64,000 nucleotides of DNA from a virus (IMGVR_UViG_3300032038_000005:1-64000); one strand, 5' to 3'; shown: positions 10,301 to 21,139, numbered from the stretch's first letter. Notes: a model not told the origin generated them from the sequence alone. Translations and numbers: made by a program.

Positions 10301-13300
10301 ATCTAAGAAATTGGAGATGTTATCCGGTACGATATGACATTCCACATCCGATGTCAGATATCGTTCTATCAGATTTTTGTCTTTGATTTCAAACCATTTT
10401 GCATGTCTGCTATCGACTTTTGCTTCAACAAATCCCCGATGCATTGAATGATCAATGGCAGTAACTTCTACGGGGAAGACATATTGTAGCTCGTCATTTG
10501 TCATAAGATATACTTTTTGAGAGACACATAAACCTGATCCGACACTATCATCTGTTCCAGTAATATGCATCACTTGAGAGGGTTTGAAGAAGAGTTGTGT
10601 CGTGGGACGGCTTCCCAAATCACTGAGGATGAATTGGTTGATATCTTGATTGGAAATGTATAATCGATCGATTGGTCCAGGTAACAATGTCTCTCGATCT
10701 AAGATCATCTCATATGTATGATCCAATTGTTGATATCGATTGGCCAATAACATTTCATAATTGGTATTGGTGACTCTTTGAGAAATGGCAACACCATTCT
10801 CAACGGTTTGTATTTCTTCATGGATGTTTTGCAAATCCACACGACTGTTTGTGATATTAGAAAGCATTTCCATATCAGGTAACAAATCCGCGGAATTACC
10901 AACTCTTCTGAACGTGATTTGGTATTTGTATTTCGCCAGACGCGTTCCCGATTTATCATAGATTTCTATTTCGGCATTTTCATCATCGGTACGTAAAATT
11001 GTCGTTCCTTGAAAGAATGCATATTCACAAATCTTGCGAAGTCCACCATGTGCTTTCATGACATAGGATCCATCGATGAATTTAGAATCTACGGCAAAAT
11101 ATAATGTCTTTGTATCATCCGCAATAGAATAAGGTGGATGGAATTGGGGATGTTGTACATTACGAATGACTGTCCATTTTGCATACATGGGCTTTGTTGT
11201 AAATGAGACGGTCGTATTTGGATCCGGTTGATATCCGGCTGGCTTGTACACCAAATCGTCGATGACATATAAATCGAATACAAACTGTTGCATGATTTTA
11301 TTGACATATGTCTCCATCTTCGACAGATATTGTGCCTTTGCTATCTGAATCGATTCCATTATCTCATCAAATTGATCAAATGCTCCTTTTCCTAATTTTA
11401 ATCCGGTGACAAAGTTAATGGAGTTATTGCGAATCGCAGTTCCAGGGAATGGTACATAAACTGGTTTTGAAGTATCTGATTGATCCCATTCGGCAACAGT
11501 ATATTGCATATCCCGTTTGATGAAACCAGCATCAAAATTTAGACAAAGCTGTTTGAATCGATGTACATTTTGTACCTTATGAAATTTCTTCAGATGTAAA
11601 TAGATATTTCGGACACGACGGATGGTTTGTGTTTTGAATCCATATACGAAATACATATAACGCAATGTCCGTAGCCACCAGTTGACGCCCTTATACAATG
11701 ATTGATAACTACTGTTGATTCTTTGTGATCCATCCCAGGATACGAGATTCATTGTAAAGAAATATTCGGGTGATTGTAATCTTTTATAAATGCTTAATAA
11801 GTCATGTAAGATTCCATCTTGTGTATGTTTCAAGAATGGTTCATTGTCGATCATATTCTTCAAATCTGTTTTGTTTAAACATAAGAAGGATGTATCTGGT
11901 AATGCTTTATAGAAAGAGCTGATCTCATCATAGATCTTTTGTAAAGACTCCATTCCAGATTGCACGGCAAATGTTTGATTGACTCCGATCTTGTAATTTG
12001 TCTCTAAATAGCTGATGAGATCTCGAATGCAGTTCAGATATTTTGTATACAATTTTGCCAATTGAATATCATAATACAAAGAATACGAATTTGCCAAAGT
12101 ATTTGTTCCCAAATAGAATTTCGTATTGATTCTCCCATCTTCGATTAATGGACAATGTTGTGATAATCCACCTACGGTGTTCACGGTAAATGCATATGGA
12201 TAATTGGTGCTATCCATCGCTGTTCCATCATTACGATACAACCCCGGCATTCCCCAATACATATTCATGTTATTTGTGGACATTTTTAAATTGGAATCTG
12301 TCAAATCCGGTTGTGGGTGATTGTATTTTGAAAAGTTCATTACCAATTTTGGTTGATGATCTATTACGCTTGAGATGTTGTAATCCAAATAACGATCGTT
12401 GTATTTGTCATCTGTCAATGTTCGATAGAAGAATGTTTGTAATGCATCATCATTCCCATTCATCAAAGCCAACGTGTAAAACAGATAGTTGATGGCGAAT
12501 GGTGCTCGATCGGATGTCTCATCATATGCATTCGCATTGTCAGATGTTTTAGTTCCATCGTCATATTGTAAGGAAGACCAATAATGGTGTACAAGATCCT
12601 TTGCTTGTAATTTACCACATAGAATATCCGACATAATTTGGACAATCGATTGATCGGTATATTCCATATATAACATCTTTGACAGTTTCATCAATTGATT
12701 CTCGACTTCCCAGTATCGAATGAATCCCAAGTGATGTTCAACTTCTGTAATGAAGGTGTCATAATCCAATACCGTTTCCACCTCAAATGCATCATCAATT
12801 GGTGTTGCACTTGGATATTTTGTGTCCGTATATAATACGAAGAACTTGAATACCTCATTTCCCTGCAAATCATCATTGATATAGAAGGTATTTTCAATTC
12901 CCTTGAAATGCTTCATTTTTGGATAAGCAAATAACCATGCATCTTCTTCTTGAGAATATTGTAATGCAATGAAACATTGTTCTGAGACGGGACGATTGAA
13001 TTCATGGGAATCAGCGGCTTGTGTTAAATTTGATTTTGAATGAATGGTGAGTCCGCGGAATATATTCAGTGATTGACATTCTCGAAATGGTTTTGTGATA
13101 TCCAATACGAATTGTTCATAAGCATATCCACCATAAAATTCATCATCCATATAATCTTGATAAGTCTCCCATGTGTCCTCATTCAGATGTGCCAATTCTC
13201 TGAGATGTTCTATGAACTGATAAAATCTGGTAAATAATGAGGCATCCACTAACCCTGTAATCATCATACCATATACATATGATCTCCCATAGTTTTCCAT

Positions 13301-14599
13301 TTCAGCAAAGAGATATTCTGCACGAGAACCAATGATGTTACGGTATTCATCGAACGTCGTTATTTTATGATTGGATAAATATTCTCCAAAGTAATCAAAT
13401 ACATGTAGCGCACGATGCATTGCCTCATATAGATTTACACATTCACAAATCTCATGAAAATGTAAATCATATGTACGATCAATGCAGATGGGTGGTGTAC
13501 AGATGGGAAAGTTTGATGTATCCATCGAAGAAATATCTGACGCAACAATTTGATTTCCGTCCACATTTGTGACAACATTTTCTAAGTCCGTATATACAGG
13601 AGATAACTTTGTCATGTGCATATAGTTTGTTGCTGGATAGATACCGTTGATCTCGTGTAATGCATGTGGGAAATAAACAATCACATTCAATGTTGTCAAG
13701 TTTAATCGATCGATCATATTGGTCAATGCATTTTGTTGTTGATCAATTCTAATACGCCCATCTTCTTGCATCATCCCAAAGTGTGGCACAACTTGCATGG
13801 TCTTTCGATAATCTTCCGAATATAGATCGATGATGCAAAGTTTTCCAACCAATTGTTCCGGATTTGTAATTGTTGGAAATAAATAAACAATTCGATCGTC
13901 TCTCGCTGTTAATGTTGTAACAGGAATTTCAAATGTGTCAACAATGGTATTGTCTAATTTATAAATCATGATCTCAGCATCGGCCAGTCCACCATAAGTA
14001 AATTTAAATCGTAATCCTTGGTCATCATATCCAATATAAAAGTCATTACAAATTTTTCCATTGATGGTGCAGATACATGTGAATCCTAGAATTTTTGTAA
14101 ATGGATTGGACGTAAATTCCGTCATAGAAATAAATTGTCGATTGACAGAATTATGCATCTTTTGCAGTTTTTGACGGATGAATTCATCCCGTTCTCCAAA
14201 ATGCATTTGGTCATATGGAATATCGATAATATGTGTTGCTTTGAGATTCTCAGTGTGGATATTCGGGTCCTTTAATGATGTGGCATGAAAGATCACGGCA
14301 TGTGTATTCACCATCATCTTACTCATGGCACCGCGTAATGTATGTTCATATGTCTTGATCAGGGATTCGTTAATGTTGGAAAATTGATAATTGGATTTTA
14401 CCATCAGATCCAATAACTTCTCAAATCCTTTTGTATTTCCCGCAACACCAAATGGTTGTTCACCAAACAATTTGGAATTGAGTTGCTTCAACTGTTGATA
14501 TCGTTTTCCCATATCAACCCAGTTTGTGTCGTTATATCCTCGAATTCCTTTTGTGTATTTTTGGAATTCATAAAACCAGTCGTTGTAATTGATCTTCAT
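7316..14599 (-). CDS. Very large virion structural protein (2427 aa)
   Basis: Uninterrupted AT-rich ORF with an AGGAG SD, on the same strand as the vRNAP beta gene. No catalytic motifs were recognised. Size and composition are typical of jumbo-phage virion proteins. Confidence 0.6.
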   Translation of the reverse strand: MKINYNDWFYEFQKYTKGIRGYNDTNWVDMGKRYQQLKQLNSKLFGEQPFGVAGNTKGFEKLLDLMVKSNYQFSNINESLIKTYEHTLRGAMSKMMVNTHAVIFHATSLKDPNIHTENLKATHIIDIPYDQMHFGERDEFIRQKLQKMHNSVNRQFISMTEFTSNPFTKILGFTCICTINGKICNDFYIGYDDQGLRFKFTYGGLADAEIMIYKLDNTIVDTFEIPVTTLTARDDRIVYLFPTITNPEQLVGKLCIIDLYSEDYRKTMQVVPHFGMMQEDGRIRIDQQQNALTNMIDRLNLTTLNVIVYFPHALHEINGIYPATNYMHMTKLSPVYTDLENVVTNVDGNQIVASDISSMDTSNFPICTPPICIDRTYDLHFHEICECVNLYEAMHRALHVFDYFGEYLSNHKITTFDEYRNIIGSRAEYLFAEMENYGRSYVYGMMITGLVDASLFTRFYQFIEHLRELAHLNEDTWETYQDYMDDEFYGGYAYEQFVLDITKPFRECQSLNIFRGLTIHSKSNLTQAADSHEFNRPVSEQCFIALQYSQEEDAWLFAYPKMKHFKGIENTFYINDDLQGNEVFKFFVLYTDTKYPSATPIDDAFEVETVLDYDTFITEVEHHLGFIRYWEVENQLMKLSKMLYMEYTDQSIVQIMSDILCGKLQAKDLVHHYWSSLQYDDGTKTSDNANAYDETSDRAPFAINYLFYTLALMNGNDDALQTFFYRTLTDDKYNDRYLDYNISSVIDHQPKLVMNFSKYNHPQPDLTDSNLKMSTNNMNMYWGMPGLYRNDGTAMDSTNYPYAFTVNTVGGLSQHCPLIEDGRINTKFYLGTNTLANSYSLYYDIQLAKLYTKYLNCIRDLISYLETNYKIGVNQTFAVQSGMESLQKIYDEISSFYKALPDTSFLCLNKTDLKNMIDNEPFLKHTQDGILHDLLSIYKRLQSPEYFFTMNLVSWDGSQRINSSYQSLYKGVNWWLRTLRYMYFVYGFKTQTIRRVRNIYLHLKKFHKVQNVHRFKQLCLNFDAGFIKRDMQYTVAEWDQSDTSKPVYVPFPGTAIRNNSINFVTGLKLGKGAFDQFDEIMESIQIAKAQYLSKMETYVNKIMQQFVFDLYVIDDLVYKPAGYQPDPNTTVSFTTKPMYAKWTVIRNVQHPQFHPPYSIADDTKTLYFAVDSKFIDGSYVMKAHGGLRKICEYAFFQGTTILRTDDENAEIEIYDKSGTRLAKYKYQITFRRVGNSADLLPDMEMLSNITNSRVDLQNIHEEIQTVENGVAISQRVTNTNYEMLLANRYQQLDHTYEMILDRETLLPGPIDRLYISNQDINQFILSDLGSRPTTQLFFKPSQVMHITGTDDSVGSGLCVSQKVYLMTNDELQYVFPVEVTAIDHSMHRGFVEAKVDSRHAKWFEIKDKNLIERYLTSDVECHIVPDNISNFLDEFSNETYRTFYNPTFDPELEYTDEDYDGMISVPGDPIYVQNNANYVYTRINGRFPSIVPDPYMDDEHKQWRFHYMGWNQLLDEDGCMSLQLLNVNRSLLTDPELYPILRQEPNDHDVWKLEQLTYQSMIDKIQSESTDDRESLDQMIDRREDWYSILQEAKTEYDREIAQRKIQDFNKRIETSEALIKRIKTYVEDPEQPTTWFNVSSYDAAKVYINNNRTKLPRTYQFDIRDIRYAEQLKVYLYDWEHKRWMDPSTYSVSFTLTTFDQMDAWEDQVIRTGRRIRIQPNDGFVYSHKILIYFAYQSSDVFKDTYAQGAVHCQVRFKPILSTNHEIPEDPDAVKNDMYKDLSIRKHVDYQETYTYDDKSTIYFNYAWMNEFYGITGFTNPTQDMLYIRRPNSTKSITEKREPDTQYAIDRMGTHSGHFPFTPVPRFCHLSVINKSDDIVYDVDNFSLNCYIRNPFKDTTTSAGLVIPSYEVSMIQEIDHFKVGETVKLICINHQQAEYDGNISSIMFQGETAMDEDGNQIIKIIGSTLTAFHDRTYTCTIFHDSAYACVGGLIRIHVTSQSALLTNDDGTWVQIPPALLPYHEIPDEFLIVSPIFHESGSTVGIEVHIDTSYKKQTTDLIQKDNSGTFNPFEFYYDHFHKIRYPISNIRHEQFDKRLTYKPETSTRLNDSRVVVRTNYVSVCRYCLNDIPKNGLIDVTGYIPTPLSRTRYEFWVNGRQLRGTSNVVILSPTSFQLIHLSSLKNFELIELMDDMYENTLSNKGNVYIDIEGNVYNSYQQAFLSNHAVLQQHVRFAYNGYPNHDPLQNYTTGLIANPNNVDVETNIMDYWDEGAIPDDDRLNYNNYYNIPTLNGVSMYHPITDDLGMYEIPNTEILKQFDLIWKKEITTNPLFPTTHFDGSMIVDQQYVLFHIIEKRDVFEIYTTGTYSKYFTLYLSKNSYASIESIENTVQIIPFIRTGTHVLLDKSVRGLWLHATIENELPKKIQ

Positions 14600-14639
14600 T
14601 TTTTCTCATCTCCTACAATTAAAAGTTACAGATTCGTGA

Positions 14640-14660
14640 ATGGGGGCTTATCGCCCCCAT
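14640..14660. terminator. GGGGC/GCCCC family hairpin
   Basis: ATGGGGGC-TTATC-GCCCCCAT directly after the vRNAP beta stop. Confidence 0.6.
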
Positions 14661-14668
14661 CATATTTT

Positions 14669-17600
14669 TTAATTTCCTTCCCATATTTTTTTGCAAGTTC
14701 GTTTTAAATTGATCAAGACTTTGTTACCGGCAGCATTGACAACGAGTGACGGCACCATACGTTTTAACACGGATGATGGTGCTTGGAACATATCGATTGG
14801 TTCGTCCGGGTCATGTTCGGAATATGGCTCTAAACCATCCGGAATGACTTCGGATATCACCTGTTTACATGCACCATAGTCTGCCAATTTGTCTCCAACA
14901 GACACTTCATCATCGTGTCCAATGTATACTTCGATTAAAACATCGCAGTTGATCCCTTTGATGGTTGGTGTCTTCAAAGGTTCTGTTGGGCGTTCATACA
15001 AGGTTCCTAACTTGTAGACGGAACTCGTTCCATCATACTTGTCCAGAATCTTGCGTTTGGTACGATTCTGTTTAAAGTAATCTGATACAATCTTGAACAA
15101 GGATGGAGATAGCTTATCCAGACTTTTATTCGTGTAGATCTTGACATCTACGACAGTTCCTGCATGATCTGCTTTGATAATTCGTTTAAAGGAGTCATCC
15201 TCTGCCATGGTACCAAATGCTTTTAAGAAGTTATCAACGGATTTGTCACCGGTATCTCCCAAGCCGAATGTGACAATTGGATCACCGATTTCAATCTCGT
15301 CTCCTACCTTGACAATCTTATCGATATCCTCTGTTGCATCCAATTTGACAATTTCTTTCATGATAATATTTGTTGACATTTTTTTGGACATACTGGTCGT
15401 GATAGCGCCGCTATCTTCATAGGTGAAGTAAGAACCATAGAATGCAATCTTTGCCAATGTTCCGACATTCATACGAACTTGACCCGTGCAGTCTTTCGAG
15501 AAATGTTTTGCATGATATGCTAAGATGTCATTCTTCCTGAATGATTGTCCAGCTTCGTAATTTGGTACCAGTTTATTATCCACATAGAAACCTGAACCAG
15601 AATTGAAACCCAGTTTTGAATCAACTGGGATTGCTTGCTTTTCCTCATTCTTATATTGCACGATCATGTATCCGTCTGTGATTTCCAACACTTTTCCATC
15701 ATCTTGTGCCATAACACAAAATTCTTCAGTTAAATAGGCAGGTGCAAGTTCATCAAAACCGTTGTTAATCATAACCGGTTCACCATGTTCAACACCAACG
15801 ATATGTCCTGTTTGAGAACAACCGATGGCAACACGAATAGCATCGTCACGGGATACGGTTCCGGGGGTACACAATTCAGAGAATGAAGCCAATTGCATAT
15901 CTGTAAAGGTATGATTGTCCACTGTATCTGTCGAAGTATATCCACGGACAGATTCAATTTTCGGATCACCGGTTGTTTGACGTTGCATTCCGACATTACC
16001 TGAGTTTGGAGAACTCATCGCCATCTTTCCAATCATGCTATCGTTATAAGATCTTCGTTCTTCGGAATAGCTGCGTGTATTATTGACACCGCGGAAACCT
16101 TTCGTGGAGATGGTTTCGCGCGCATGCAATTCAATCATGGGGTTCAATGCGGAGATTTGGTTACATGTCTCCAGATTAATCAATTCTTGAATGATGCAGT
16201 TGGGGTTGAATTGGAATTTGGACTTACGAGAACGAGAACCAGTTCTGTTATTGTATTTACTCATTTCGACTGCCAAATGATAATGGATCATGGCAGGAAT
16301 CACCTCAGAGGAACGTACACGATATAAGGAAGAGTCAAACTCATTCTTATATGTGTTATCACATAATAGATTTGCCGCATAGATTAATAACCCCGGCAAT
16401 GTATTTGGCATATTGTAATGATTGCATACATCTGCGGTAATGGCATCGACAAAGAAATTGTAATACGTGATGAATGTTGTCAACTGGGAATATTGAGAGA
16501 AGAAATGCTGATTAAATAAGTCCACATAAATGGAATTCGATTCCAGGATTGAAATATCGAAATCTGCAAAGTTATATGCTTTGGTATTCAGTCGGAAGAA
16601 TCCGTTAAATACCAATTGTCCCAGAATTGTATTCTTAATCGCCAATGCACGATCTTTAAATGGATAGATGATATAATTTGGATCCTTGAATCGTGGTTCC
16701 ACGAATTTATATTCCACACCACTTGTTTTCAATAATGAGGAAATCCCTTCCCATGCTGCAATGGCAACACCTAATGGAACAGTTCCACCAATCTTGATGG
16801 TAGCATACATACTTGTCTTGCCCGGCTTGGTCTTGTAGAATTCTTGTTGTAAGAAATCCGGCAAACATTCTACGATGACCTGTGTTAAGGTTTTTCCTGA
16901 ACGAGTCCTTGCAGTATCAGAATCAATCACAACGGGTGTTTTCCCAATCATACCACAGCAGAACTCATGATCATTTACGGTAACAAATTGCCATTTCTTT
17001 AAACAGTCATTTCGATTGAAACAGAAGTGAGCATCCATCTCCGGAATGTCAAAGGAATACCATATCTTGGCAAATTCATCAAATTCAATTGTGGAAACAT
17101 ATTTCATATTTGCATTCGTATTCTTACCTACTCTCACGTACTTGTTACTTCCATCTGGATTCACTTGTCGATCAATCAATTTCCGTAATGCAATTACATC
17201 AACCAACGATTTTGTGTCATATCGAGCAACTGTAATCTTGTTGTAGTTACTGGTGATGATCACTGTTTTTGTATTAATCTTTAATATCGGAATCGGAAAG
17301 TCCTGCTTGTCGATTGTATACCAAGTTCCATTGTAAAAGAATCTTCCATTAAACATCTTTGGGATGTAAATATGGATGATATTTTGTAAACCACTCACTT
17401 TACTTTTTAATGTGATCTTCCAGTCATTGACCATTGCAACAACACTGGATCGATCTTGGATATCTACATTTGTCACATAGAATCCATCACTTGGTTTTGA
17501 CAAATTCATGAGTGTTGCAACAATGTCACGATCCATCAATTTGTCTTCATATTCTTTTGCAACCATGGCAAATTGTGTACCTGTTTTTGCACAACTGGAA

Positions 17601-18994
17601 GTAGAAGTGGTTTTAATCGGCTTTAATGGTTTTGGCTTTGGTACATCGGACACTTGTACCAATTTAGAGAATGTTACATTGTTGAGCTTCAAATCACCCA
17701 TCTGTTGACGTAGCTTCTCTTCACGAGGAGAAGAAGTAGAAGCCAATACTGTATTATCATTCGCCGTCTCCACATCATTTGCAATCTTCTGTGCTGCTTG
17801 TCCAATCAATTCTTTTTCCACTGGTGAGTCACTCACCTGTGCCAAATTGTCGGATAATGTTTTTGCTTTGATTTGATCGACAACTCCTTGATTGGGGTTG
17901 ATGCGATTTTGTAAATCCGCATTGATGTCAAATGCTTTTGCGGCAAAGAGTTGTTGTTGATTTTTCTTTGTTGGGTCATCTGGTAGTGCTTCTGCCTTAT
18001 CTCCATGATATTGATCAAATAATGAAGCGATGGTTGATTTGATATCACGAATGGATGATTTGTGAGAATCTTGTAAACGTTGTAAATTCTCATCCAATTG
18101 CATAATACGAACGCCGTCATCTTTTGCTTTTGTTTCGATGGATTCTTGTGGTGTTAATTGATTCATCAATTGATCTTTGACTTGATCAGATTTCTCTGCG
18201 TCTTCTGCATCTTGTTTGATTTCATCCAAAGATTCGGAAGCGGCTTTTGTGTCAAGTGATGACTCGTCATAATCTGTGCTAACAAAAGGAACCCCGATGC
18301 GATTTAACATCTGTCGCAGTCTCTGTTGGTCTCGCTCTTCAAATGCAGCTAAGTCAAATTTACAATCTTCACTTGGTGTATGAAAGATGATCACCCAAGA
18401 AGCTTTCTTGATTTTGTCAACGGGATTTACTGCGTATGCTGTCAGTAATGCATTGACAATATCCGATTTGAAATTCTTCATCATTGGATTGTTATAGATA
18501 CGAAATCGCTTTGTATCAATCCATAGTACTTTCTTTTTAGAGAAATTGAATTTGTTTGCCACTAATCCAAAGACATTGAAAATAGAATTCTGAATGGTCT
18601 GTGGATCCAAAGTCTTTAAGACTGGAGAGATCCTATTTACAATTTCTGAGAATGGAATATACAGATTCTCTTTATATGTTTTCTCGTAAGGGAACCTAAT
18701 TGTGACAAGTTGTGGTTGCATCTTCTGTTTTTGTGCATACATGATTTTCTTATTATACTCATTCTGCATGAGTATATAACGGACGTATTTCCCACCGATT
18801 TTATCGACAAATCGATATGGGATTAATAAGTTCTTATATGACATCTTTGGTTGTGGAAACATTTTAATCATTTCCAAGTCATACTCATAGGAATCGGACA
18901 ACAAAAAAATGGATACATCTGATGATTCAGATGGTAACCGAAATCTTTGTTGTGTGGGTAAATAGCTTGGTCTGGCATTGAAATCAACGGCCAT
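14669..18994 (-). CDS. Virion RNA polymerase beta subunit (large part; phiKZ gp178-like)
   Basis: Motifs GRFFYNG, TKGFRGVN, SPNSGNVG, DDAIRVAIGCSQ, TYEDS, VGDKL..YGACKQVIS and PSSVLKRM. The ~1440-aa size matches vRNAP beta. AAGGAG SD before MAVDF. Confidence 0.9.
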   Translation of the reverse strand: MAVDFNARPSYLPTQQRFRLPSESSDVSIFLLSDSYEYDLEMIKMFPQPKMSYKNLLIPYRFVDKIGGKYVRYILMQNEYNKKIMYAQKQKMQPQLVTIRFPYEKTYKENLYIPFSEIVNRISPVLKTLDPQTIQNSIFNVFGLVANKFNFSKKKVLWIDTKRFRIYNNPMMKNFKSDIVNALLTAYAVNPVDKIKKASWVIIFHTPSEDCKFDLAAFEERDQQRLRQMLNRIGVPFVSTDYDESSLDTKAASESLDEIKQDAEDAEKSDQVKDQLMNQLTPQESIETKAKDDGVRIMQLDENLQRLQDSHKSSIRDIKSTIASLFDQYHGDKAEALPDDPTKKNQQQLFAAKAFDINADLQNRINPNQGVVDQIKAKTLSDNLAQVSDSPVEKELIGQAAQKIANDVETANDNTVLASTSSPREEKLRQQMGDLKLNNVTFSKLVQVSDVPKPKPLKPIKTTSTSSCAKTGTQFAMVAKEYEDKLMDRDIVATLMNLSKPSDGFYVTNVDIQDRSSVVAMVNDWKITLKSKVSGLQNIIHIYIPKMFNGRFFYNGTWYTIDKQDFPIPILKINTKTVIITSNYNKITVARYDTKSLVDVIALRKLIDRQVNPDGSNKYVRVGKNTNANMKYVSTIEFDEFAKIWYSFDIPEMDAHFCFNRNDCLKKWQFVTVNDHEFCCGMIGKTPVVIDSDTARTRSGKTLTQVIVECLPDFLQQEFYKTKPGKTSMYATIKIGGTVPLGVAIAAWEGISSLLKTSGVEYKFVEPRFKDPNYIIYPFKDRALAIKNTILGQLVFNGFFRLNTKAYNFADFDISILESNSIYVDLFNQHFFSQYSQLTTFITYYNFFVDAITADVCNHYNMPNTLPGLLIYAANLLCDNTYKNEFDSSLYRVRSSEVIPAMIHYHLAVEMSKYNNRTGSRSRKSKFQFNPNCIIQELINLETCNQISALNPMIELHARETISTKGFRGVNNTRSYSEERRSYNDSMIGKMAMSSPNSGNVGMQRQTTGDPKIESVRGYTSTDTVDNHTFTDMQLASFSELCTPGTVSRDDAIRVAIGCSQTGHIVGVEHGEPVMINNGFDELAPAYLTEEFCVMAQDDGKVLEITDGYMIVQYKNEEKQAIPVDSKLGFNSGSGFYVDNKLVPNYEAGQSFRKNDILAYHAKHFSKDCTGQVRMNVGTLAKIAFYGSYFTYEDSGAITTSMSKKMSTNIIMKEIVKLDATEDIDKIVKVGDEIEIGDPIVTFGLGDTGDKSVDNFLKAFGTMAEDDSFKRIIKADHAGTVVDVKIYTNKSLDKLSPSLFKIVSDYFKQNRTKRKILDKYDGTSSVYKLGTLYERPTEPLKTPTIKGINCDVLIEVYIGHDDEVSVGDKLADYGACKQVISEVIPDGLEPYSEHDPDEPIDMFQAPSSVLKRMVPSLVVNAAGNKVLINLKRTCKKIWEGN

Positions 18995-19039
18995 TGTAAT
19001 CACTCCTTGTTATAAAAATTAGAAAGAGAGGAATTTGTT

Positions 19040-19234
19040 ATGAAACCCTATTACAAAATCTGCCCTACTTGCGGTTGTACACTTGATCCGGGAGAACGTT
19101 GTGAGGATTGTCATCCCCGTGAAATCGTATACCCGAATGCAAAGGGTTACAAATCTGTCGAAGACATCATGAGAAAGGTGGTGAAACGGGATGTCAATTA
19201 TAAGACAAACAAAAGTGAGACCCATTTCCAGTAA
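19040..19234 (+). CDS. Small zinc-ribbon protein
   Basis: YYKICPTCGCTLDPGERCEDC, which resembles small clostridial phage/prophage peptides; GAGAGGA SD. Confidence 0.65.
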   Translation: MKPYYKICPTCGCTLDPGERCEDCHPREIVYPNAKGYKSVEDIMRKVVKRDVNYKTNKSETHFQ

Positions 19235-19550
19235 AGCGTCACATAATCGAAAGTCACATGTCATCACAAACACGGTTGGTGAATACAATGACAAAGTTCC
19301 ATCATATGAACGAAAGTTAACATTTGTTACGTTAGAGGATGTCTTTCCGGGACAGTTTGAACAGAACTACGTCATTTACAACCCGATGTTGACAAAAGAG
19401 GAAAATGAACGGATTCTGAAACATGCGCATATGCATACATTCGAACATACACCTATCACAGACGATGATGTTGATGCATTAACGGTATACGACAAAGACC
19501 ATCTGGACGACTTCATTGAAGCTTACAAAAAAATTTTAAACTTTGATTAA
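19191..19550 (+). CDS. Hypothetical protein (119 aa)
   Basis: AAGGTGGTG SD; ends at a terminator hairpin; overlaps the previous ORF by 44 nt. Confidence 0.6.
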   Translation: MSIIRQTKVRPISSKASHNRKSHVITNTVGEYNDKVPSYERKLTFVTLEDVFPGQFEQNYVIYNPMLTKEENERILKHAHMHTFEHTPITDDDVDALTVYDKDHLDDFIEAYKKILNFD

Positions 19551-19555
19551 ATAGA

Positions 19556-19574
19556 GCCCCGGCTAAGCCGGGGC
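19556..19574. terminator. Hairpin between convergent genes
   Basis: GCCCCGGC-TAA-GCCGGGGC. Confidence 0.65.
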
Positions 19575-19582
19575 ATCTTGCT

Positions 19583-20170
19583 TTACTTTGTTTCGACGAA
19601 TTCCACTTTGATGATATGGTCAACGATATTTGCGAGACGAGCAATCGTTGTGATTGACACGACCAGTTCATCTTTGTGGGTGGACGCTTCATATTTCGCC
19701 ACGAACTGTCCGATGTTATTTGCAATCGTGGGCTTGAGCAGTTTGGACATACGTTCCCGCACCATCTGGGGAGTAATCCGGAAGGTCTGTACTACGTATT
19801 CGAACATGCTGTTGAACAAGCAGTCTTCCGTGCAGGTATAAGTCCACGTCTGTACTGTGCGACCAAGGTCTGCTGTCACCAATTTGATGTTGCACACCAT
19901 GTTCGGCTGTGCTGTTCTGACCTGGTCGAGAATCTCCCCCAGCTTTGACTGAGAGACTGTGTTGGTTGCTGAGTTCAGCATCTTCACCAGTGGAGTTGAC
20001 AAGGAACTGGTTTTGATAACTTCCTCATTGATGGCTTTGCACAAGGCGACCATGATAGCATCACCATTGACTTTCTTACTCATGTCAATTTTTTCCTCAT
20101 TGGAGATGACATGTTTCAGATTGTGCATTGCTTCGGGTGTCATTAACTTTTTGGCTTCTTCGAGATTCAT
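19583..20170 (-). CDS. Hypothetical protein (195 aa)
   Basis: AAAGGAGG SD before MNLEEAKK; an AT-rich ACATATATATTT promoter-like motif lies upstream. Confidence 0.75.
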   Translation of the reverse strand: MNLEEAKKLMTPEAMHNLKHVISNEEKIDMSKKVNGDAIMVALCKAINEEVIKTSSLSTPLVKMLNSATNTVSQSKLGEILDQVRTAQPNMVCNIKLVTADLGRTVQTWTYTCTEDCLFNSMFEYVVQTFRITPQMVRERMSKLLKPTIANNIGQFVAKYEASTHKDELVVSITTIARLANIVDHIIKVEFVETK

Positions 20171-20230
20171 AAAGATATCTCCTCCTTTCGTGTTAAATAT
20201 ATATGTTTTTATTAAAAGAAAAATATCATG

Positions 20231-20254
20231 ATACGGGGGCATATGCCCCCGTAT
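20231..20254. terminator. GGGGC-ATAT-GCCCC family hairpin
   Basis: ATACGGGGGC-ATAT-GCCCCCGTAT. Confidence 0.7.
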
Positions 20255-20263
20255 ACATTTCAA

Positions 20264-21139
20264 TTACCATTTGAGATATCGATCGAATCCATCCTGTTTC
20301 GGATTCTGTTTGAATAACCCATCCATCTGGACAATGCAGTATTCGATGATGGCTCGATTAAGCCCTTCTTCTGACGTCATTTTTTTATGTTGCTTGACGT
20401 AAGATTCGGTGACAATCTGTTCGCACATTTTGAGAATCACGGATTCTGTTTTTGTTGTGTCAGCTGGTGTTTCAGAAGATTGATTTGGTTGTTGATCCTG
20501 TGTTTGAGGTAATGCATTTTCGTCTTGCTGTTCCTCTTTCTGTTTTTTCTCTTTGGCTTCTTTCTCCTTTTGTTCCTTAGACTTCTTATTCAAGGATTCG
20601 TCCAAGTCATCAAATACAGGAGCTTCATTACCATTGACAACGACATTTGTGACATCTTCCACAATGTCTTTGGAAACCTTGTTCATGAGACTCTGACGGA
20701 ATTCATCATAGTTGTCACAATTCTTCAGCAGCTCTTTTGTTTTTAAAGCAGCTTCTTCAATACACTTTGGGTCTTTTGTTAAACAAACTTCTTGTTCGAC
20801 CTTGTCACAATAATCATTGATTTCCATGATGATGTCACCAATTAAGGGAGACTGTAACTTCTGGCAAGAAGATTTTAGATAATCATAACAGGAACCGCCA
20901 TAGTTGGTATTAATGTGTCTCATGATAGATTGGTCGATCATACCATCTAAGTCTTTTGTATCATCATGCATCATTGCACTGATGAGATCCCGTAATACAT
21001 ACAAGGATAATTTCTCACGAAAATTGATCTTGTCAAACTTCTCATGACTGGAAGAATCTTCTGAAGCTTTGTGTTTATCCTCATAGGATTTGTCAGTGGA
21101 TTTGATAATATCATCCAATAGGTCTTTAATATCAGGCAT
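20264..21139 (-). CDS. Hypothetical protein, probably virion/head-associated (291 aa)
   Basis: GAGGAGG SD before MPDIKD; overlaps the upstream gene end; contains TES motifs. Confidence 0.65.
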   Translation of the reverse strand: MPDIKDLLDDIIKSTDKSYEDKHKASEDSSSHEKFDKINFREKLSLYVLRDLISAMMHDDTKDLDGMIDQSIMRHINTNYGGSCYDYLKSSCQKLQSPLIGDIIMEINDYCDKVEQEVCLTKDPKCIEEAALKTKELLKNCDNYDEFRQSLMNKVSKDIVEDVTNVVVNGNEAPVFDDLDESLNKKSKEQKEKEAKEKKQKEEQQDENALPQTQDQQPNQSSETPADTTKTESVILKMCEQIVTESYVKQHKKMTSEEGLNRAIIEYCIVQMDGLFKQNPKQDGFDRYLKW